Positions 51,285 to 63,399 of a stretch of DNA of 64,000 nt are shown in pieces (position 1 is the first letter of the stretch; every line of letters starts with the position of its first letter). A program made the position numbers and the translations under genes. Below the pieces are notes generated by a model that worked only from the letters and a program-made list of their open reading frames with translations, did not search any database and was not told the origin of the DNA. The stretch comes from Lama glama. Taxonomy: Eukaryota. The stretch covers positions 44,952,001 to 45,016,000 of the forward strand of contig CM052817.1 in assembly GCA_028534125.1 (NCBI GenBank), read 5' to 3'.

Positions 51285-54200
51285 ATGATCACAAAAAACA
51301 AAAAGAACTCAAGCATAATACAAAAGAAAATCATCAAACCAAGAAAAAAGAAACAAAGAAGAAATACAGTATCAACTAGAAAACAAGGTTGTAAAATTGC
51401 AATAAACACATATCTATCAATAATTACCATTAATGTCAATGGACTAAACGCTCCAATCAAAAGACATATAGTGGCAGACCGGATAATAAAACAAGAGTCT
51501 ACAATACACTACCTATAAGAGACCCACTATAGGGTGAAGGACACACATAGACAGAAAGTGAAGGAATGGAAAAAGATACTACCTGAAAATGGAAATGACA
51601 AGTGAGTGTAGCAGTACTCATATCAGACAAAACAGACTTTAAAATAAAAGCAGTAAAGAAAGATAAAGAAGGATACTAAATAAGGATAAAAAGATCAATA
51701 CAAGTAAGGGACATTATACTCATTAACATATATGCACCCAATATAAGAGCACCTAAATACATAAAACAAATATTAACATACATAAAGGAGAAACTGGTGG
51801 GAATACAATTAATAGTAGATTTTAACACCCCACTAACATCAATGAACAGATATTCCAGACAGAAAATCAGTAAGGCAACAAAGATCCTAAATGACACAAA
51901 AGAACAGTTAGACTCAATTGATATTTTCATGATATTACATTAAAAAAGGGAAAACAAAATATACATTCTTTTCAAGTGTACATGGAACATTCCCTAGAAT
52001 AGATCACATACGTGGCCACAAAATAAACCTTAACAAATTTAAGAGGATAGAAATTATTTCAAGCATCTCTTCTGATCACCAACATCATGAAACTAGAAAT
52101 CAACAACAGAAAGAGAAACAAGGAAAAAAGGACTGCATGGCTATTAAACAATATGCTATTAAAAACCCATGGGTCAACCACGAAATCAAAGAGGAAATTA
52201 AAAAATACCTTGAGACAAATGACAATGGAAACACAACCACACAAAATCTATGGGATGCAGCAAAAGCAGTCCTAAAAGGGAAAATGATAGCAATAAGGAC
52301 CTTCATCAAAAAACAAGAAAAATCTCAAATAAACAACCTAATCTACCACCTAAAAGAATTAGAAAAGGAAGAACAAACAAAACGTAAAGTCAGCAGGAAA
52401 CAAATAATAAAGATCAGGGAAGAAGTAAATAAATAGAAATTTTTTAAAACAATAGAAAAATTAATAAAACCAAGAGCTGGTTTTTGGAAAGAGTAAACAA
52501 AATTGACAAGCCTCTGGCTAGGTTCACCAAGAAGAAAAGAGACAGTACCTAAATAAAATAAGAAATGAAAGAGGAGAAATTACAACCAATACCATAACAA
52601 AACAAAACAAAAAGATCATAAGAGAACACTACGAAAAATTATATGCCAGCTTTGGACAACCTAGAAGAAATAGACAAGTTTCTAAAAACACACAGTCCAC
52701 CAAAACTGAATCAAGAAGAAATAAATAATTTGAACAGACTAATTACTAGAAGTGAAACAGAATCTGTAATTTAAAAAACTCCCTGCAAACAAAGTCCAGG
52801 ACCAGATAGTTTCACTGGGGAATTCTACCAAACATACAAAGAACTTATACTGATCCTTCTCAAACTTTTCTAAAAGACTGAAGAGGAGGGAACACTCCCA
52901 AACTCATTCTATGAAGCCAACCATTATCCTGATACCAAAACCAGACAAAGACATTGCCAAAAAAAGAAAACTGTAGGCCAATATTTTTTATGACTATAGG
53001 TGGAAAAATTCTCAACAAAATACTAGCAAACTGAATCAAACAACACATAAAAAAGATTATACACTATGGTCAAGTTGGATTCATCCCAGGGTCACTGTGA
53101 TGGTTCAACATACACAAATCAATGTGATACACCGTATCAACAAAAGAAAAGAAAAAAAATCATGATCATCTCAACAGATGTAGAAAAAGCATCTGATAAA
53201 ATTCAACATCTATTCATTATTCAACATCCATTCCACTCTTACCAGAGTGGGTCCAGAGGGAACATATCTCAACCTAATAAAAACTATATATGACAAACCC
53301 ACAGCCAACATAATACTCAAGGGTGAAAAGCTGAAAGCCTTCCTCTAAAATCTTGAACAAGGATGCCCACTCCCATCACTTCTATTCAACAAACTACTGG
53401 AAGTCCTAGCCAAAGCAATTAGACAAGAAAAAGAAATAAAAGGGATCCAAATTGGAAGAAAGAGGTAAAAATTTTACTATATGCAGATGACATGATACTA
53501 TATATGAAAAACCCTGAAGACTCCACACAAAAACCACTAGAGCTGATAAATTCAGCAAGGTAGCAGGTTACAAGATTAACATACAGAAATCCATTGCATT
53601 TCTTTCCATTGACAATGAAATAACAGAAGTGAAAAAAAAAATCCCTTTTAAAATCAGAAAAAAAAAAAAACCTTAGGAAGAAACCTAACCAAGGAGGTGA
53701 AAAACTTATACACTGAGAACTATAAAACACTGATAAAATTAAAGATGATTTTTAAAAATGGGAAGATATCCCACGCTCTCAGATTCGAAGAATTAATGTT
53801 GTTAAAATGGCCATACTACCCAAAGCAATCTACATATTTAATGCAATCACTATCAAATTACTCAGGACATTTTTCACAGAATTAGAATAAATAATCCTAA
53901 AATTTATAGGGAATCAGAAAAGAAAAAAAGGAGTATCAAAGCAATACTGAAGGAAAAGAATGAAGCTGGAGGTATAAACCTCCCAGATTTCAGACAATAC
54001 TACAATTTACTATTAAATACCACAGTAATTAAAACAGCATGATATTGCACAAAAACAGACATATGGATCAATGGAAAGAACAGAGTGCCCAGAAATAAAT
54101 CCACACACCTATGGTCAAATAATCTTCTACAGAGGAGGCAAGAATATACAATGGAAGGACAGTCCCTTTGGCAAGTGGTGTTGGGAAAGCTGGACAACCA

Positions 54201-55610
54201 CATGTAAATCAATGAAATTAGAACACTCTCTCACATATGACACAAAAATAAACTCAGAATGGTTTAAAGACTTAAACATAACACCAGATACCATAAATCT
54301 CCTAGAAGAGAACATAGACAAAACATTCTCTGACATGAATCCTAACAATGTTTTCCTAGGTCAGTCTACTAAGGTAATAGGCATACAAGCGAAAACAAAC
54401 AAATGGGACCTAATTAAACTTACAAGCTTTTCCACAGCAAGGGAAACCATAAACAAAATGAAAAGACAATCTACAGACTGGGAGAAAATATTTACAAACA
54501 ATGCAACTGACAAGGGCTTAAATTCTGGAATATACAAACAGCTCATACAACTCAGTAACAAAAAAAAAAAACCAAACAACCCAATCAATAAATGGGCAGG
54601 AGACCTAAACAGATATTTCTTCCATGAAGACATATAGATGGCCAATAGGCACATGAAGACACACAATATCGCTAATTATTGAAAAAATGCAACTTAAAAC
54701 TACAATGAGCTATCACCTCACACCCATCAGAATGGCCATCATTAAAAAGTCCACAAATAACAAATGCTGGAGAGGATGTGGAGAAGAAGGAACCCCACTA
54801 CACTGCTGGTGGGAATTTAAATTGGTGCAGCCACTATGGAAAACAATATGCCTAATTATTTCCCCTACACCCCCCCAAAAAAAAAGTGTTAAAGGAAGTT
54901 TTAAAAAGAAAAAAAAATAAGTTTGTGTGATTAAAAAAAAAGAAGACACATTGGAAAACAATATAGAGATCCCCTAAAAACCTAAAAGTGGAGTTACCAT
55001 ATGATCCCACAATCCCACTCCCAGGCATATATCCTGAGAAAGCTCCAAATTGAAAAGATACATGCACCCCAAGGTTCACAGTAGCATTATTTACAATAGC
55101 CAAGGCATGGAAGCAACCTAAATGTCCATTGACAGCTGACTGGATAAAGAAGTTGTGAAATACATATGCAATAAAATACTACTCAGCCATAAAAAAGAAT
55201 GAAATAATGCCATTTGCAGCAACTTGGATAGACCTAGAGATTATCATACTAAGTGAAGTCAGATGGACAAAGACAAATACCATATGAAATCACTTATATA
55301 TGGAATCTAAAAAAAAATACAAATGAACTTAGTTATAAAACAGAAAGAGACTCACAGACATAAAATAAGCTTATGGTTACCAAAGGGGGAAAGGGAGAGG
55401 GATAAATTAGGAGTTTGAAATTAGCAGATACAAACTAATATATACAGAATAGATAAACGACAAGGTCCTATTATATAGCACAGGGAACTATATTCAATAA
55501 CTTGTAATAACCTATAATGAAAAAGAATATACATATGTATAATGGAATCACTCTGCTGTACACCAAAAAACAAACATATTATAAATCAACTACACTTCAA
55601 TTAAAAAAAT
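51285..55610 (+). mobile_element. 5'-truncated lineage-specific L1 (all of ORF2, frameshifted, plus 3' UTR)
   Basis: Peptides [29 protein letters not shown] and KWDLIKLTSFSTARE, and an A tail. Confidence 0.92.
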
Positions 55611-56286
55611 TATTATATGAGATAAAAGGGAAACATTGCTGGAATATTTTGAATTCAATCAAATTCAACTTAGTAAATACTTACTGTGTACCCACCATCT
55701 TCAAGCTCCAATGGGGCAAACAAAGATAATCAAGACGGTATATAACCTTAAAATTATCATCTAACTGAGGAAACAGAGCAGATTAATAAACCAAGTATCA
55801 CCAGCAACAAAAGGTAGGAAACACTAATATTCATATAACCAATATTTTAAGTAACACTGATCAAAAAAGAAATTGCTTGAAGTGATAACATTTTAGAAAT
55901 AGTTAATAGAAATACAGTATGTTGAATTCAAAGGAACATGTAAATAACACTAAAACACTACACAGATACAAACAAGTTAAATTTTTAAAGATGAAATTAA
56001 AGAATGCTTATATTCTTGCAATCATGGCAGATAAACAGAACTCGAAGTCATATTTTGACTAAATGGAATAAAGGGTAAAATTGAGACTAAATTATGAATG
56101 CACCACTCTAAATTGTGTAGCTAACAGGACTTATCTTGTTAATGATGATATTATTAAGAAAAACCTACATAGAGACGAGTCAACCATAAGCAGAGGCAGA
56201 ATAATATACGGTCTAGCTAGCTCCACCTCAGAAGTAGTACTTGGGAGGAGTTTGGAAGGCTTTTGTACAATGAACAAGGGTAGTCC

Positions 56287-56651
56287 TGTTAAACGGTAAA
56301 CCGAGGCACGTACATTGAAATTTTTCAAAAGTTTATTTGAGCATATATTAATTCAAATCCAGCAGTGCCAAACTAAAGGTGATTAGAAACACTCCAATGA
56401 CAGGCTCTATAGGAGAGGTTTTTATAGAGAAGAAGTGGGAGTAAAGCAAGGAGATTATCTGATTGGCTATAATTTAAGCCGTTGCTTTACTTAGGAAAGC
56501 CTACTTGGTTGGTTGTGATTGGTTGTCTTAAGTTTCATTTTCTCAGATTCAAGCGTACTGACTCTGGTTTAGGTTTTGGTTTGCTTATGCAGATTGCCAA
56601 GGCATTAGAGCCACCGCAATCTAATGGTCTCCTTGTTTAATTACTTGAACA
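56287..56651 (-). mobile_element. ERV-type solo LTR
   Basis: TG...CA termini, tttatt (minus-strand AATAAA) near the left end, and several gattgg (minus-strand CCAAT) boxes. Confidence 0.6.
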
Positions 56652-58259
56652 ATTAGGAATTATACTAAATATGTATGTTAATAAATTTAGGTCTTGCAGA
56701 GCAATTATATTTCCTGATGACTAATTAGTATAAATTAATGAAATGCACGTGGATCCATGTTGTCTCATCTATCCTTGTTGATGCCTGTCATTACTGAGAA
56801 GGAACACTGATTAGAATAGGATAAAAGAGTCAATGTTATAAATTCTAAAATAAGTGTAATAGTTATTCAGGAAAAGGAGAAATGACCTAGGGCTGTGGTG
56901 CGTTCAGGGAAGATCTGACAAAGAAAGGAGAATATGAAGTACTTGCCTGTTAAAGTAATTGAACTCTAAGTGAAATTCTTATTGGGGAACTTGTAGAAGT
57001 TCAGCCTGGCCAGAGAGCAAGAATCACAGAATCAGTATTGTAGACAAACACCATCCATATACACACAAAGACTTCTGTAAATAGCTCAACATGTCTCTGG
57101 GACTAAGTTAAACAATTACGTAGCTTGGAGGGAAAGAATGGATTGAGATAGAAAATACCAGAAACATTACAATACCAAGTCACAGATCATTAGATACTGA
57201 AGTATCGCATACATGTTTTGGAATATAAAAACAAAACCTAAGTAAATTAGAATTACACATTTTTGGGAAAACAGAAGTATAAGTAATAACATAATGTATA
57301 CATCTAGCTAAATCATTGAAAATAAAAATTCACAATTAAAGTAACAACAAATAAATTTTCACAAATTACACGAGTAACCACAAAGCCTCATTAACAAATG
57401 CCACAAATACCTGAGGAGAAAAGTAAGACAGAAAATATCCACAATGGCAGACACTATACTATGAGTTGAAATATTAGAGCACAATTTTCAACTGGGAGCA
57501 CTAACATCACTCCTACCAGCAAGCACATTTCAATCTTGGAGTGAGTAGCAAATACAGTTTCAAATCCCCAATCTTGTAATTTTAAAAACAAAACAGTAAC
57601 AACTATTATTTTTGTAATAAAAACTACAAAAAATAAAGTTTATACAATCCTCTTGGCTCATAGGAATTCTCAGAAGGTAGAATTAAAAAATTTTGAGTAA
57701 GCCTTAGTATAAAAGCTATATATTAACATTTGCTTACTATGAACATAGTAGGCATTTTTTGTTTCAAAGGAAGTATACGTTTTATTTTAAAATCAAGTTT
57801 GATTTCTGTGGTACTATATAATGCAATACAAAAGGGGCTCTTAGTTTCCAAAAGCTAAGTTTTGTTGCATTTGCTATTTCATCTGTTTCATGACTTGCAG
57901 ATCCTCTTGATTCTGCAAGGTGGAAATGAGGACATATTCAACCAGTTTAGATTCTGACTTGAGGTACCAATAAGTGGTGGGATCAGAAGGGAACAGTTAT
58001 TAGGCTGTTGGCACTGACATGTAAACAATGAACAAAATATTTACTTGTTTCTAGTATAAATTAAATATATATTGCAAAGGATAAAATCTAATTTCCTCAT
58101 TTTGAGAGAAGAAATCCAAAAGTAATTTTTGGTATTCAGCTTTGACTCACGTCTCAAAAATAACTTCCTGAAACTTACTTGAATAAAATTTATCCTAGCA
58201 TACATGAACAGACTTTGTCTGTCATTCTACTTCTTCTAATCTATATTTAGAGAGATACG

Positions 58260-59480
58260 TCAAGTCACTAGCTGACCATGAGATAATGAAACAAATTTCA
58301 GTAATCACACATAACAAGAAATACCCACTTTGCAAAAATATTTGGTAAAGTCACAAATGGATGGTTCCAGCCATCAACAAACAAAATTAACAATCTCTGA
58401 GAAAAGGGAGAATTACATTTCCAGAGGTCCTGTGTTATAATATTCAGAATGTCTAGTTTTCAACAACAACAACAAATAAAACATACAAAGAAACAGGAAA
58501 ATAGAGCCTATTCAGAGGGAAAGAATAAATTGACAGAAAATCATCCCTGAGAAAACTCAGACATTCACTGGACTTGCTAGACAAAGATGTTAAATCAACT
58601 GTCTTAAATATGCTCAAATAGCTAAAGAAAACCATGTACAAAGAATATAAGAAAACTGGGGGAAATGATACATAAAGAAAATGAGAGTATCAATAAAGAG
58701 AGAGAAATTATAAAAAGGACCCAAATATAAATTCTGGACCTCAAAAGTTAGGAACTGAAATGAAAAATTCACTAGAGGGACTTACGAGCAGTTTTGACCA
58801 GCAGAAGAATGAATCAGCAAATTTGAAAATACGACAATTGAAATTACTGAGTCTGAGAAGCAGGGGGAAAAAAAACAGAGCCTATGGGACCTATGGGATA
58901 ACCATCATATAAAGCAATATACTTATTATGCAAGTTCTAAAAGGTGGGGGGAAAAAAAGTAAGGGACAGAAAGTATATTCACAGAAATAATGGCTGAAAA
59001 ATTCCCAAATCTGATGGAATACATGAATGTACATATCCAAGAAACTCATGAACTTCAATCAGGATAAACTCAAAGATATACATAATAATCAAACTGTCAA
59101 GATTCAGAGACAAAGAGAGAATCTTGAAAGCACTGAGAGAGAAGTGACTCATCATATACAAAGGATCCTCAATAAGATTAATAGTTGACTTCTCATCAGA
59201 AACCAAAGAGACCAGAAAGCAGCAGGATAACCTATTTTAAATGCTGAAACTAAAAACTTGTCCACTAAGAGTTTCACATCTGGCAAAACTATCCTTAAAG
59301 AACGAAGGAGAAATAAAGATATTTTCAGATAACAGAAGGTAAGGGAGTTCACTACCATTAGACTTGCCCTACAAGAAATGTTAAAGGGAGTCCTTCAGAC
59401 TAAAATGAAAGGACACTAGGCAGTAAAATGAAACAGTATGAAAAAACAGAGAATACCGGTAAAGCTGACACCACAGTGAA
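58260..59480 (+). mobile_element. Ancient L1 ORF1-region fragment
   Basis: gaaataatggctgaaaaattcccaaat...gacttctcatcagaaacc ORF1 motifs. Confidence 0.75.
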
Positions 59481-59549
59481 GTAGAAAGAGGAGGAGGAAA
59501 AGGAGAAGAAAGGATGGAGGGAGAAGGACACGGAGGTGGAGACACCACC

Positions 59550-59730
59550 ACCTAAGCTATACTGCTGGAGCAGCAGGCCACATGTAGGAGTCTTCAGGGG
59601 CCAGTTAATAGCTTGGGCTATACTGCTGAAGAAAGAGGCCACATAGAGGAGGCCTGTGATGCCATTTTGGATACCCAGTCCAATAAAGCCTTCCGATGAC
59701 TCTAGCACCGGCCACTATCTGATTGCAATG
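59550..59730 (+). mobile_element. MaLR (MLT1) LTR fragment
   Basis: gaggccacatagagg...gccattttgga...agccttccgatgactctagc motifs. Confidence 0.55.
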
Positions 59731-59959
59731 GAGAAAAATCACTATTTAACAAACTTTGGTGGGAGAGTTAGACATTAATTTGGAGATCAAGAAACTTAAA
59801 TCCACACTTTATATTAGGCAATAATTCATAGTTTGAAACAATCAACAATGGAATATTTATATTTTACAGAAATAAATAGAAGTTTGTATTTTATAACAAT
59901 GAAAAACTCCTGAACAATTAAAAGTGAAAAACTAAGGTAGGAAGAAACAATAAGCCTGA

Positions 59960-60935
59960 TGATATTAAACACATGTGAGGATGTAGAGTCAATGAAACTC
60001 TCATTCACTGCTGGTGGAAGCATAAATGGTACAACTTCTTAAGCTGAATATACACACACTCAATGAACCAGCAAGTCCACTCCTAGTGATACGTATACTC
60101 AACAGAAATGCATATACATGTGCACCAAAAGATATACACAAGAATATTCACAATAGTAATATTCATTTTAGCCTCACATGGGAAACAATCAAAATGTCCA
60201 CCAACTGGAAAGATACCTTATGGTAAGCCATATAACAGAATACTGTAAGAGCAATTAAAATGAAATGATGACTCCTCCTCACATGACATGGATGAATCTC
60301 ACAAATATAATATTTAGAAAAAGAAAAGAGACACTAAATAGGATATACCACATAATGCCATTTATATAATTCAAAAATAGGCAAAACTCATCTATGATAC
60401 AAATTATCTTTGGGAAAGAAGAGGATACTGTCATGCCATGGACACTTGGTGAAAATTCACTGAGCCATACTGGTGCACTCTTCTATAAATACACATTTCT
60501 TGTAATAGGTTGTAAATAGGTTATGTTAGTTAGTTAGAGCTACCATAACAAAGTTCCATAGACCGAATGGTTTAAGCAACAGAAATTTATTTTCTCACAA
60601 TACTAGAGACTGGAAGTCCAAAATCAAGGAGTGAGCAAGGTTGGTTTCTTCTGAAACCTCTCTCCTTGGCTTGATGATGCCCGTCTTCTCCCTATGTCTT
60701 CACATGGTCTTCTTTGTACATGTTTGTGTCCTAATCTCTTCTTATAAGGACATCAGTAATGATGGACTAAGGACAATCTTAGTGACCTCATTTTAACTTA
60801 ATTAGCTCTTTAAATATCCTATCTCTAAATACAGTCACATTCTGAAGCCTGGCAGTTAGAACTTCAACATATGAATTTTGGGGGACACAATTCAGCCCAT
60901 ATAACATGTGTTATACTTCAATAAAAATTATGCAA
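59960..60935 (+). mobile_element. Ancient L1 3' end interrupted by an MLT1A/B-like LTR (about 60523-60906, minus strand)
   Basis: Old-L1 motifs ending ttatacttcaataaaa. LTR ends tgttagttag and ttcagcccatataaca. Confidence 0.72.
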
Positions 60936-63199
60936 GAAATGAAGGCAAAAAATAGAAAAAGTAGGTATTTTAACTGAAAACAGATTAAAATGTCCTATTC
61001 AAAACATGTAAAGAATTGACATACATTTATAAAGTCAATACCCTGATTCCACTTGACAAGTGATTTTGAAAAGGCAGAAGATTCAGATATTAAGCCAACA
61101 CAAACTAAAAAGCTGGTAAGTAAAAAAAAAAAAAAGTGAAATAAACTCTGACCTCAGGTACCAAGTTTCACATAGCAAATGAACAAACGTAAATATAAAT
61201 GACAAGAGAATTGGGAAACTGGTACATCTACATACTGATAAGGCATTACAAAATTAGTCTAATCTTTCTGACAAGTAAACTGTCAAAGTGTTACAGAGGA
61301 TATAAAAATGTTTCTAACCTTTGTCTCTAAACCTTTAAAGAAAGGAAATAGACCAAGAAAGTAAAATCTCTGAAAAAATTAGAGTATTTGAAACAACAGA
61401 AATAACTACAATGCCCAGCACTGAGAATAGACAGACTACAAATATAAAAAAAAATTTTAAAACATATAAACTACACAGACACCAGGAAATGTTTGTGTAA
61501 AATAAGATAAATGATATTGCTTAGTGACAAGAGTCAGATGTAGATAGGTGTATATGCGTATCTGTTTATGAATGTTCTCACGTGACTCCCTTAAGTAAAA
61601 TCCTTCACTGTCTCCTCACCACATAGGGATTTACCAGGCCCTTCATCCTCTGGTTCCTGCTACATTTCTAGCCTCATTTCTCACCACTCCCCCATTATCA
61701 CTCTACCCTGCACCCCTACCAAAGTTCTTGTAGTTTCTAAACTTTAGCATACTTTTTCATGCCTCCTGCTCAGAATGCCTCCCTGCCTTCCACCTTCTTC
61801 TAGTAACTGATTACAACCAACTCTCCCTTCCAGGTCTAATTTAAACAGCTGTGTTTGAGGCCATTAGTCAGAGCTGTGACCTTCTATGCACCTCACCTGT
61901 GTCCAATCCTGTATCATACCACTTCTTCTACAGTAATTGGTAATTTACATGCTGCTTTCTCCTACTAAACTGTAAGCTTTTTGAGAGCAGAGATTATTGT
62001 TCATATTAGTGTCCTAGAATGATCATAATAAAAGTGTGATGAATGAAATAAATGAATGATAAACAGTAAATGAAGAACATAGATTTTTTTCTTATAAAGT
62101 TACTTAGAAAAGCAATCTTACTGTAAATCATTTTAAGTAAACAGGGATATTTTAAACAAAAATATTTTCTTCCTTTTCAGGATAACTTTTTTCCAAGTTA
62201 GGCAGCAGTTTCTTAATAACTATGGTTATATTTTATCAGGCTATAAGCTGAGTTGCCAAAGGACACAGAGCAAAAATGTTGTGTTACTGCCAGCATTCAG
62301 CTGCAGCTGTCCTTTAAAGTATGTAGTGATATTCTCTCTCAGGACAGTTTATTCACAGACTTAATCCAGTCGGTAAACTTTAGATAAAAAAAATTTAAAC
62401 CAGGACGCCAGATACTAAGATCAATAAAGGAAGAACTTGTTCCTTTCTCTTTGTTACCTGAGATGCAGGCAGGACATGAAATTGCCCACCCACCACAAAC
62501 ATGATGTGCTTGCAGACAGCTTCCCATGCCATATTTTGGAAGGAAGGAACGACTCCCTGCATGGGGAGAAAAAGGGAAAGAAGAAAATTCAGAATGCTAA
62601 ATAGGGGCTTCTGAGACTTTCAAGAAATAAACCCTTTTCAAGTCAGTATCCTCTAATATTAGCAATAGCTGTTGAGAGGAGGGGAAGTCCACACTGCAAG
62701 AAACTCAAAACAGGTCTGGGGTTTTCACTACGAGGGAAACTTCCCCTTTCAAAGTAAAAGGGAAGACTCAGATTTTCACTGCAGCAGGGTCACGCTGTGT
62801 ACATAATTGAACCGACTGCACTGGCTCCACAACCAAACAGACGGAAGGAGGAGGCGGGCAAGCACATGTGAAAACAGAACCTCCGCTCTGCTCAGGAGGG
62901 TGACTTCAGCATTTGGTTCTTCAAGGACAGGAAGTGGGATTTTTCTCAAGGCAAATGAGGTTAAAACTTCATCCAAAGGGAACTGGGAATGATCTGTTGT
63001 TTTTAACAGGGCTGATAATCCTTGGCTCCCTTCCGAGGGCTGTGAGAACTGCCTGCAATGTCCTCTCCCTGGGTTTCTGTTTCTCCTAAAAGCCCTATCT
63101 AGCCATAAACGCCACTTCAGTGGGATTTTTAGTCAGAAACGTGTTTCCTGTCAGAATTTTCGGGGCAACTTCCCAAAGGAGGCCAGGGAAACGAGTGAT

Positions 63200-63339
63200 G
63201 AGCAGGCCTAACCTGAGGGCGGCGGGCCCAGCCCTCCTGCGCACAGACAGGCCAAACCTGTTCCACGCGGAGCGGTCCCATCACTTGGCACAGCCTCCGT
63301 CCCGCTAGTAACCAGAGAAAGTTCTCCACTTGCCCATTA

Positions 63340-63399
<60 letters not shown>

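Noticed and set aside
51285..55103. Reverse transcriptase and endonuclease-like ORFs here and in the other L1 copies
   Set aside because: These are frameshifted LINE-1 ORF2 remnants, not a novel RT system or host gene.
56155..56191. Resemblance of aagaaaaacctacatagagacgagtcaaccataag to the CXCL9 stop-codon region as I recall it
   Set aside because: The match is short and gapped, and similarity does not extend in either direction, so it is probably chance. A sensitive alignment should recheck it.
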